From: a virus | Lineage: Duplodnaviria > Heunggongvirae > Uroviricota > Caudoviricetes | Length of the DNA: 52,923 nucleotides | Reading direction: 5' to 3' (one strand) | Virus record (IMG/VR): IMGVR_UViG_2877251553_000008 | In this document: positions 43,437 to 51,636 of the stretch, piece by piece | Position numbering within the stretch: position 1 is the stretch's first letter | Layout: every line of letters starts with the position of its first letter | Position numbers and translations under genes: made by a program | Notes under the pieces: model-generated | What the model saw: the letters and a program-made list of their open reading frames with translations, nothing else | What the model was told of the DNA's origin: nothing | Database searches by the model: none

Positions 43437-44261
43437 TCAGAATGTCAATTTGTTACTGGATTTACCGAATTTGTCAGACATGGCTCCCAGGCCAGCCAGG
43501 ACATCGACCTGTCGCTGTCGCCCACCTCCGTGAGCGGCTGGCTGTTGCCAGTAATCTTCGAAGTGACGATCGGGTCCAAAGAACGTCGCAGCCTGCTTCA
43601 CGAACTGTGTGCCGGTATTTCCTGTAGCACGTACCCAGGCGGCATACCGCTTCACGCCATCAAGCATGGTCTCCGGTTTTATTCCCTCCCTGATACGGGC
43701 TTTCCAGGCTTTGAAGGCTGCTGACTTGGAATTGCCACCAGCACGTTTGGGATATTCCTGCCAGGCCTGTTCAAATTCCGGTGAATATTCCTGTCTGGCA
43801 GAACGCGCTGGTGCAGACGCGTCAGCGGATGCGCCAATAGTTGATTCATTGACTGGTTCTTTGACTGGTTCAAAAGAGTGACTGGTTCTGGGTGAATCTC
43901 CTGCACTACCCCCTGGTGCAACTCCTACACCACCTGGTGAATTTGCTGCACTAGGTAGTGAATTATTTGCACTACCACCTGGTGAATCTTTTGCACCATC
44001 AAGACGAAGAAGATAAATATTGCTCGAGTTCCCTTTTTCACCTTTCCGGGAAACTTTTTTTACCAGTCCAGATTCACAAAGAGCCGTAATATAATTCATC
44101 ACAGAACGTTTGCTAATCTCGCACTGATCAGCAATATGCTGATAGCTGGGCCAGCACTCGCCCTGATCGCTGGCATTATCAGCCAGCTTAATCAGAACCA
44201 GTTTTCGCAACGGATTTCCCACACGAATTTTCATCGCTTTCACCATCAGCTCCATGCTCAT
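43437..44261 (-). CDS. replication initiation protein (O-like, N-terminal HTH)
   Basis: 274-aa ORF; N-terminal winged-HTH region (KLADNASDQGECWPSYQHIADQCEISKRSVMNYITALCESGLV); origin-type iterons lie inside the gene; start may be slightly downstream. Confidence 0.7.
   Translation of the reverse strand: MSMELMVKAMKIRVGNPLRKLVLIKLADNASDQGECWPSYQHIADQCEISKRSVMNYITALCESGLVKKVSRKGEKGNSSNIYLLRLDGAKDSPGGSANNSLPSAANSPGGVGVAPGGSAGDSPRTSHSFEPVKEPVNESTIGASADASAPARSARQEYSPEFEQAWQEYPKRAGGNSKSAAFKAWKARIREGIKPETMLDGVKRYAAWVRATGNTGTQFVKQAATFFGPDRHFEDYWQQPAAHGGGRQRQVDVLAGLGAMSDKFGKSSNKLTF
43878..43990. repeat. five ~22-bp iterons (candidate phage origin) inside the O-like gene
   Basis: CCTGGTGAATCTCCTGCACTACC / CCTGGTGCAACTCCTACACCACC / CCTGGTGAATTTGCTGCACTAGG / TAGTGAATTATTTGCACTACCACC / CCTGGTGAATCTTTTGCACCATC, followed by an AT-rich stretch. 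Confidence 0.7.
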
Positions 44262-44481
44262 AACACACCTCCCAGGCGTTTAAACATTTTTCCAGACAGA
44301 AATACCGCCAGAGGGTAACTGATGGTGTAGCTACGCCCTGTAGTTCGCACACGACTTTCTGGCTTTCAGCGTTGACTAGGCAAACCCGCAGAACGTGACC
44401 GTTGCTGGTGGCGAACCACTGCCCCACACGGGGGCAACGGTTGTATCGGTGATACAGGGAATTAACGATGTGGCGGATCAT
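44188..44481 (-). CDS. hypothetical protein (97 aa), overlaps the O-like start
   Basis: ORF MIRHIVNSLYHRYNRCPRVGQWFATSNGHVLRVCL...; no homologue recalled; the 74-nt overlap with the O-like gene makes boundaries uncertain. Confidence 0.3.
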   Translation of the reverse strand: MIRHIVNSLYHRYNRCPRVGQWFATSNGHVLRVCLVNAESQKVVCELQGVATPSVTLWRYFCLEKCLNAWEVCYEHGADGESDENSCGKSVAKTGSD

Positions 44482-44672
44482 GGACGCACCTCCGCCGTAG
44501 TTACGTATTTAACCGGGCTACCTTTCATTGAGATGGTTTCACACATCTCTGCCGCTTTCAGTTCCGCTGTTTTTCTGGATTTATAGCGACGGTGCCAGAC
44601 AGATACATCCGTGCGAACTGATACATCGTTTCTGTATTCCGTAGTGGAGATGATGATTTCGTAACTAATCAT
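44478..44672 (-). CDS. hypothetical protein (64 aa)
   Basis: Small ORF with ATGA coupling to the upstream Rha-like gene; no homologue recalled. Confidence 0.3.
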   Translation of the reverse strand: MISYEIIISTTEYRNDVSVRTDVSVWHRRYKSRKTAELKAAEMCETISMKGSPVKYVTTAEVRP

Positions 44673-45520
44673 GGGCGAACCTCCTTGTCAGAACCATTCA
44701 GCCTGGAATCAACAAGTGCAGCGCCAAAAACAGCATCACCAACACGGTCGTACAGTTTGCTAGCCAGCGGAGATTCAATGGCCTTAAGCATTGGATAAAG
44801 CTGGCTTGTCCAGATTTGATGGATTTCACGCAAATGCAGGTATACGCCTCTGGCGTTTCGTGCGACAGCTGACATATCAACCGCGTCAGCACCAGATAAA
44901 TTCTTCTCCATCTGGTTAAAGGCGTTGATGTATGCCTCTTTGAACCGGGCTGCACGTTTGCCAGTAAAGCCCATAGCAAGGAACGCGAAGCCATCACGGG
45001 TGATTTGATAGCAAGGTAGTTTGCGGCCTGTGCAATCGGTGTAATCACTCACCGAAAAATTGCGGGCAGTGAATGATGCGGAGCATTCAAGCGTGCGGAT
45101 CTTTTTCAGTACATCGTCATGACGCTTGGAGAAGAAGTTGGCAACAGCCAGGGATGAAGTAACAGCCTGACCATCAACGATGGCAATTTCAGGTTGAGTG
45201 AGGGTTGGGATCGTAGCCATGATGGCAGCCTCCGTTGACTGTGGAAAACTTCCACCACCGGAGCTGCGAAACTCACTGGTGGCAGACTGAACAGGGTTCG
45301 CAGTACCGGCGTCAACGGAGACCGGCGAGCCTTTCGGCTCCCCTGCCCAGCCCACCATAATTCTGGCGTGCGTGAGCGCGGACGATAAAAAAGACGCTGG
45401 CGCGTCATATATCGCCGTTGACAATTCCGGGCTGCGACCCCCGGCACCCACTTTATAAGGTGCAGAGACAGTGTAACGTCCCGAAATTGCAGAATCAATA
45501 TTTGGTCTTGAAATGATCAT
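44669..45520 (-). CDS. Rha-family phage regulatory protein (functional start probably ATG at 45220)
   Basis: Rha domain IVDGQAVTSSLAVANFFSKRHDDVLKKIRTLEC... begins ~100 codons into the ORF; internal ATG at 45220 has a GGAGG RBS. Confidence 0.6.
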   Translation of the reverse strand: MIISRPNIDSAISGRYTVSAPYKVGAGGRSPELSTAIYDAPASFLSSALTHARIMVGWAGEPKGSPVSVDAGTANPVQSATSEFRSSGGGSFPQSTEAAIMATIPTLTQPEIAIVDGQAVTSSLAVANFFSKRHDDVLKKIRTLECSASFTARNFSVSDYTDCTGRKLPCYQITRDGFAFLAMGFTGKRAARFKEAYINAFNQMEKNLSGADAVDMSAVARNARGVYLHLREIHQIWTSQLYPMLKAIESPLASKLYDRVGDAVFGAALVDSRLNGSDKEVRP

Positions 45521-45628
45521 ATAGCTGCTGATATCTTTAGAACTGTTCTTGGATGTTTCGGAGCCGTTTTATGCGAAACAGCTCCCCGTTATTGATGTTG
45601 AGTGAGCCGGGTTACTCCCGGCTTTTTT

Positions 45629-46336
45629 TCACCGCTGCCAACCAATAACCTGAAATAACCCCATTTTCGGGTGATACCAGCGAGTCCCTCGCGGTTCTGC
45701 TTCCTCCATAACCCGATAAAAAGCAGCCATAAACGGTTCCACAGCAACAATTGCGCGACGTGACAACAATCCGTCCGGCGTCATGAACTCATGGGTGTCT
45801 GTAGGAATCTGATAGGCGTTCACCAGATTGCGGCATTTATCATCTGACAAACCGGTTTTTGCTTTCAGTTGGCGATATCCGGCATAGCCCTCACGAATAG
45901 TGCCCTTTTTAATTTGCTCGACTGTTTCAGCAACGTGGCTGACTTTTTCTTCCACCTGAGTGATCCGTTTCTGCTGACGAACTGCTTCAAGAGCCATCGC
46001 GGCAACCATTTCGATTTCGCTCATTGGCTTACGGATCTGTTCTTCCAGTTCGCGCCAGCGATCTACCAGGCGAGCAGTGAATTCAGGACAGAGCTGTGCG
46101 ACGACAATGATGCTGTCGCGCTTACCTTGTTCTCCTTCAAACAGGTAATGCTCATATTGAACTTTAAAACCTAAGTTATTGATTCTTTCGGAAACCTCAA
46201 TTTGAGGAGACCGGACAACGCCACCTTTGGCTAATGTTTCAATAGTGCGTTTCACATTGTCATGACGTTTACCCACCAGCTCTGCGATCTCAACGCTGGT
46301 CATGGATGCTTTGCCGTTAAAAATTGCGGTGTTCAT
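45629..46336 (-). CDS. Rha-family / antirepressor-like protein
   Basis: 235-aa ORF with N-terminal SVEIAELVGKRHDNVKRTIETL Rha signature; start coupled (ATGA) to the cro-like gene. Confidence 0.65.
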   Translation of the reverse strand: MNTAIFNGKASMTSVEIAELVGKRHDNVKRTIETLAKGGVVRSPQIEVSERINNLGFKVQYEHYLFEGEQGKRDSIIVVAQLCPEFTARLVDRWRELEEQIRKPMSEIEMVAAMALEAVRQQKRITQVEEKVSHVAETVEQIKKGTIREGYAGYRQLKAKTGLSDDKCRNLVNAYQIPTDTHEFMTPDGLLSRRAIVAVEPFMAAFYRVMEEAEPRGTRWYHPKMGLFQVIGWQR

Positions 46337-46560
46337 TGTTGGTCTCCTGTGGGCTTGTCATCTTCTGTATTCGCTAGACTTGGGTGTGTATATGGAATGC
46401 TCGGATCCAGATGACAAAGAATGGCAACATCCTCCGGAACACCTCGCGTTTTCCACTTTCCAACACCTTGACTGCCACGAGGCCTTCCTTTCTTTGGGAA
46501 CCTGCGACCAATAGCGGCATTGGTTTTAAATTGAATTTTTAATATTTCATAAAGGGTCAT
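46333..46560 (-). CDS. cro: Cro-like small regulator (first gene of the rightward early operon)
   Basis: 75-aa ORF transcribed divergently from cI across a 111-bp operator region; assigned by position, sequence similarity to known Cro weak. Confidence 0.4.
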   Translation of the reverse strand: MTLYEILKIQFKTNAAIGRRFPKKGRPRGSQGVGKWKTRGVPEDVAILCHLDPSIPYTHPSLANTEDDKPTGDQQ

Positions 46561-46671
46561 TCTTTAGTCTCACACCAGATACTTTGTTATCCAACGATGT
46601 TAACCGCAAGAATCCAAAGTATCAAGATATTCTGTTACTTTAGTATCAACAGCCATGAGAGGAGAAGAAAA
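46561..46671. promoter_or_regulatory. cI/cro divergent promoter-operator region (OR-like)
   Basis: Repeated half-site core GTATCA/TGATAC (GATACT 46579-46584; AGTATCAA 46618-46625 and 46642-46649); RBS GAGAGGAG before the cI ATG. Confidence 0.5.
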
Positions 46672-47327
46672 ATGAAGTCTTTAGGTGAACGTCTCATCAA
46701 CGCACGGCAAAAAGCTGGGTTAACACAAGATGCGTTGGCTAAAAAAGCTGGGATCACCAGAGTTGCAATCAGTAAAGCCGAGCAAGGCCTTACAAAAAGT
46801 TTCAACGGTGACACCCTTTTTAAAGTTGCAGCTGCACTGCGGTGTTCACCGCAGTGGCTTCAGAACGGAGATGAAAAAGATAAGCATTGGGAAAATAATG
46901 TTAAGAGCTGCCCACAGAGAGACACAGCACACTCTTACCCTGTAATTAACTGGGTTCAGGCAGGATTATTCGCAACTTCTGGTGATGACTACAACATGTA
47001 TGATCAGGATAATTGGAGGCATTCTGTAAAATACGCTGGTGAGAGGGGTTCTGGCTGGAAGTGCACGGAGACTCAATGACTTCGCCCGTAGGAATAACAT
47101 TTCCTGAAGGAATGTCGATCCTTGTCAACCCAGATAAAGAAGTTTTTTCAGGGTGTTACGTCATCGCCAGAAAAAAATCCACCAATGAAGCAACATTCAA
47201 AAAATATATTTCTGACATGGGAAAGGCGTTTCTAAAGCCCCTTAATCCACAATATCCAATCATAGAAATGGACAATGATTGCGAAATAGTAGGTGTTGTG
47301 GTTGATGCCAGGTGGGATATTTTCTGA
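46672..47327 (+). pseudogene. cI: CI-type repressor (HTH plus S24 LexA-like peptidase), frameshifted at G-run 47045-47048
   Basis: N-terminal MKSLGERLINARQKAGLTQDALAKKAGITRVAISKAEQG (HTH) ...KYAGE; C-terminal domain with catalytic G-D-S-M (VHGDSMTSP) and KKY; adding one G to GGGG restores ...AGERGFWLEVHGDSM. Confidence 0.8.
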
Positions 47328-47339
47328 CCAGACACAAAG

Positions 47340-47430
47340 CACAAAAAGAAAACAAAGTATCAAAAATCACTTGTCACACCTTGATACCTTAGTTACCATA
47401 AAACAAAGTTCGTAACTGAGGTATCATCTC
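47340..47430 (+). promoter_or_regulatory. second operator-bearing promoter region (OL/pL-like) downstream of cI
   Basis: Same half-site core as the cI-cro region: AGTATCAA 47356-47363, TTGATACC 47381-47388 (inverted pair), GGTATCA 47420-47426. Confidence 0.45.
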
Positions 47431-47675
47431 ATGTTCAATAAAGCTACAACTCTTGACTGTCTCGAAGAACTGAAAAACCTCGGCAGCCTCATTACACTAA
47501 TAGCAAAAGCAACACCTGATGCTACGCTCTCTAGCGATATAGAGTCATGCGCAGGACTGGCATGGGATATGACAAATAGCATATCCAGAAAGCTATCGTC
47601 AGCAATGCTTTTACAGAACAAAAATTCTGCAATCAACAACCGTCTTCGCACCCAACGCGAAGCCTGCGGCTTAAC
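47431..47675 (+). pseudogene. first early-left gene (unknown function), 3' end cut by IS911
   Basis: ORF MFNKATTLDCLEELKNLGSLITLIAKATPDATLSSDIESCAGLAWDMTNS... continues into the IS911 end; not Arg-rich, so not an obvious N homologue. Confidence 0.4.
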
Positions 47676-47683
47676 TGAAGTGG

Positions 47684-48852
<1,169 letters not shown>

Positions 48853-48960
48853 TGGAGCACCTGTGTTGTTCTGAGGTGAGCATATCACCTCTGTTCAGGT
48901 GGCCAAATTCAGTGTGCCACTTCAGTGTTATGTTCAACCAGTTACTTAAACAGGTAAGAA

Positions 48961-49278
48961 ATGGCAACTGACTCACAACTAACCATAGAAACGGCCCTGA
49001 ATGTCGGCCTGGCGCTCCTTGGTTATTTTTACATCGTGTTCTGCAGCAGACGGTGGCTGTCGCTGTTGTTCCTGAAAAAATGGAATAAACGCCGTAAGCA
49101 GGATGAACGCCAGAAGGCAATGAATGCGTTTTCCGAAGCCTTCGGAATTGACGGCATGGAACCAGGGGATCCAGCTCGCGCAATCAGCAGAGGGGGTGTA
49201 GTAATCCTTGTATATCGGAGTGAAGAGAAAAATGACGATCACAAAACAACGAGTAGAAAAAATCATATATCGCCATGA
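48961..49278 (+). CDS. hypothetical small membrane protein (N-terminal TM helix, basic tail)
   Basis: 105-aa ORF; TM segment LNVGLALLGYFYIVF followed by SRRW..KKWNKRRKQDERQK; 3' end overlaps the next gene. Confidence 0.4.
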   Translation: MATDSQLTIETALNVGLALLGYFYIVFCSRRWLSLLFLKKWNKRRKQDERQKAMNAFSEAFGIDGMEPGDPARAISRGGVVILVYRSEEKNDDHKTTSRKNHISP

Positions 49279-49546
49279 AATGGGACTGAACAGCGATGTC
49301 ACTGCCGAAGAGGTTTATGACCTGGCTGTACTGGCGCTGAATTTATCAAATATCGCAAACCTGAAGCGATACGAGCTTGATATGGATGGTTGCGACTCGT
49401 GCGGTCAGGATTGTGGCGCAGATATGACTGAAGATCCTGATGGTGATTATGTCCTGTTTGATGACGTGGTTAAGTTGTTTGAATTTGATACAACCACTCA
49501 AAAGTTAGAAATCCCGGCAAAGGAGGCTGCCAGTGAGCAAGATTGA
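49232..49546 (+). CDS. hypothetical protein (104 aa)
   Basis: ATG at 49232 with GGAG RBS; MTITKQRVEKIIYRHEMGLNSDVTAEEVYDLAV...; acidic Cys-containing C-terminus. Confidence 0.4.
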   Translation: MTITKQRVEKIIYRHEMGLNSDVTAEEVYDLAVLALNLSNIANLKRYELDMDGCDSCGQDCGADMTEDPDGDYVLFDDVVKLFEFDTTTQKLEIPAKEAASEQD

Positions 49547-50078
49547 CTATCAGGCACTGCGTGAGGCGGCAGAGAAGGCTACGAAAGGTAAGTGGGCTGT
49601 TGAATTCGACGATGAGATTTACTCCACTGACGGCATAAACCATGAGCAAATAGCTATGGTGTTCAGTGAAAACGAATCTCGTGATGCTGAATTCATCGCC
49701 GCAGCCAATCCGGCTACCGTCTTGGCGCTTCTGGATGAACGGGAAAGAAACCAGCAATACATCAAACGCCGCGACCAGGAGAACGAGGATATTGCGCTTA
49801 CGGTTGGGAAGCTGCGCGTTGAGCTTGAAGCAGCAAAATCAAAACTCAACGAGCAGCGCGAGTATTACGAGGGAGTTATCTCTGATGGGTGCAAGCGTAT
49901 TGCTGAACTGGAAGCGCGGGAAGTTCAATTACCGACTCGCTACGACCTTCGATATGGACACCCGATAAATGCAGATGAGCGACAAGTCATGATACCTAAA
50001 GAAAATGGCAGTTGGCTTTACCTGATTGACCTAGAACACGCATTACGCGTCGCTGACATTCGTATCAAAGGAGAGTGA
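49533..50078 (+). CDS. Ead/Ea22-like protein
   Basis: 181-aa ORF (GTG start, AAGGAGG RBS) with ..ATKGKWAVEFDDEIYS...AAANPATVLALLDERE.. typical of the Ead/Ea22 family. Confidence 0.6.
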   Translation: MSKIDYQALREAAEKATKGKWAVEFDDEIYSTDGINHEQIAMVFSENESRDAEFIAAANPATVLALLDERERNQQYIKRRDQENEDIALTVGKLRVELEAAKSKLNEQREYYEGVISDGCKRIAELEAREVQLPTRYDLRYGHPINADERQVMIPKENGSWLYLIDLEHALRVADIRIKGE

Positions 50079-50079
50079 T

Positions 50080-50343
50080 ATGGCCACTTTAACAAAAAAA
50101 GAACGGGCATGGTTGAATGAATTACAGGACGTTCTTGATCGCTGTCCATTACCAAAAAAAATTGGTTTTTACACCATTGGCGATAAAACCATTTACCTGT
50201 ATGACCTACGCCGCATGGATGAAATCATGGAGGCTCTTGATAATCGTTCGTCGATGGATTGGTGTGTTGCTGTCCATGATATGAATGCAGGGTTTGATGA
50301 AAAGATTTTGTTCCCCTCATCAGTTGAAAGCACTGCGGGTTAA
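50080..50343 (+). CDS. hypothetical protein (87 aa)
   Basis: Compact ORF immediately after the previous stop; no homologue recalled. Confidence 0.4.
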   Translation: MATLTKKERAWLNELQDVLDRCPLPKKIGFYTIGDKTIYLYDLRRMDEIMEALDNRSSMDWCVAVHDMNAGFDEKILFPSSVESTAG

Positions 50344-50353
50344 GGAGTAACAC

Positions 50354-50617
50354 ATGACCACTATAACCAAAGAGCGACTGCTGACAATCAAGCAGTGGCG
50401 CGAAACATACGGACCGGGTAGCAACGTTGTGCTTCCAGCAGAAGAAGCGGAAGAGCTGGCACGGATTGCGCTGGCATCACTGGCAGCAGAGCCGGTGGCA
50501 AAGATTATAGCTCATTACCCATTAGGAGTTGACGTAGGCAAACAAAAATTCGTACAGGCCATTAGAGAGCTTCCTGACTTTGGCGGATATCTATTTGCCG
50601 CCCTCCAGCGCCGATAG
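50354..50617 (+). CDS. hypothetical protein (87 aa)
   Basis: ORF with RBS GGAG; no homologue recalled. Confidence 0.4.
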   Translation: MTTITKERLLTIKQWRETYGPGSNVVLPAEEAEELARIALASLAAEPVAKIIAHYPLGVDVGKQKFVQAIRELPDFGGYLFAALQRR

Positions 50618-50865
50618 TGCCGGAAGAAATGTATAGGCAGGATGCGCCAGTTGAAGGCAGCAGCAAAGCGGCTGCATACGCTACAGGCTGGAACGATTGC
50701 CGCGAAGCCATGCTTCAGTCCGGAAACTTTCGGGAAAATAAAGATTCGTCAACCAATAATTTTCGGAAAATCCCGGAAGCGTCAACCAGCTCTCCGGTAA
50801 CTCCGGATGGTTGGATAAGCTGTAGTGAGCGAATGCCGGACGACAGGCAGGAGGTGAATCAATGA
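50617..50865 (+). CDS. hypothetical protein, DUF551-like C-terminus (82 aa)
   Basis: ...TPDGWISCSERMPDD resembles the DUF551 WIS..RLP motif; stop overlaps the next ATG. Confidence 0.35.
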   Translation: MPEEMYRQDAPVEGSSKAAAYATGWNDCREAMLQSGNFRENKDSSTNNFRKIPEASTSSPVTPDGWISCSERMPDDRQEVNQ

Positions 50866-50945
50866 GCTGGCCTGATGCAATCGTAACTCTGGGGGTGGTA
50901 TTCGCAGCAGCGTTTGTTGTGTTCTCGATTTGTCGATGGGGATAA
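50862..50945 (+). CDS. candidate 27-aa hydrophobic peptide
   Basis: AGGAGG-N7-ATG; MSWPDAIVTLGVVFAAAFVVFSICRWG; ATGA-coupled to the upstream gene. Confidence 0.35.
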   Translation: MSWPDAIVTLGVVFAAAFVVFSICRWG

Positions 50946-50949
50946 CCAC

Positions 50950-51192
50950 ATGTTCGCTTTGATTCAACGCGGTCAGATATACACGGACAGAGCCGGATAC
51001 CCCGTGGTGATTACTCGCATCACTGAGCACTCAGTGTTCTTTCGACGGATGGACGGACGATCCGGGCGGGTACGCATTGGTGAGTTAAACTGCCTGTTCG
51101 AACATATTGACCACCAGGAGTACCGCAAAATTCTCGCGGACACTGAGCAGGAAAAGCACCTGAAAAAATTACGAGCCATAAAAAGGAAGTAA
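50950..51192 (+). CDS. hypothetical protein (80 aa, DUF4222-like)
   Basis: MFALIQRGQIYTDRAGYPVVITRITEHSVFFRRMDGRSGRVRIGELNCLFEHIDHQEYRKILADTEQEKHLKKLRAIKRK. Confidence 0.45.
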   Translation: MFALIQRGQIYTDRAGYPVVITRITEHSVFFRRMDGRSGRVRIGELNCLFEHIDHQEYRKILADTEQEKHLKKLRAIKRK

Positions 51193-51195
51193 AGA

Positions 51196-51330
51196 ATGAA
51201 TAAAGCATTTGAACGATGGGTCCACCAGCGTTACGGCAATCGCTATGACCTGACGCGAGATGTTGACGGCTTCTACTGTCGTGAAGTTGTGAAGCGAATG
51301 TTTGACGTGTGGTGCCACTGCCGTGGATGA
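51196..51330 (+). CDS. candidate 44-aa Cys-rich small protein
   Basis: AAGGAAG RBS; MNKAFERWVHQRYGNRYDLTRDVDGFYCREVVKRMFDVWCHCRG. Confidence 0.3.
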   Translation: MNKAFERWVHQRYGNRYDLTRDVDGFYCREVVKRMFDVWCHCRG

Positions 51331-51348
51331 AAATTTTATGAGGTTGGC

Positions 51349-51603
51349 ATGCAGACAATCATCTATCAGATAACCCCCAGCAAATGGTGTACGGAGAGAG
51401 TCCTCATTGCATCAACAGGGCTAAAGCCTGGCACCATTGAGCGGGCAAGAAGAAAGTCATGGATGCAGGGAAAAGAATACCGCCATTACGCTGTAGAAGG
51501 TGATCCGGGGCACTACAGTGAATGCCTGTACAACATCGAAGAAATTATGCGATGGATCGAAAACCAGAAACAACCAGGTGCCAAAAATGCAAGTTCCGGT
51601 TAA
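51349..51603 (+). CDS. xis: putative excisionase (Xis-like, DUF1233-type)
   Basis: 84-aa ORF immediately upstream of int; assigned mostly by position and size. Confidence 0.5.
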   Translation: MQTIIYQITPSKWCTERVLIASTGLKPGTIERARRKSWMQGKEYRHYAVEGDPGHYSECLYNIEEIMRWIENQKQPGAKNASSG

Positions 51604-51636
51604 CCTGTTAATGCTCCTGGACGTCTGGGAGGTTTA

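Noticed and set aside
43878-43990. Iteron repeats as a possible CRISPR array
   Set aside because: Repeats are imperfect, ~22 bp, contiguous without unique spacers, and lie inside a replication initiator gene.
47431-47675. First early-left gene as an N antiterminator
   Set aside because: No N-terminal arginine-rich motif or other N-like feature; left as unknown function.
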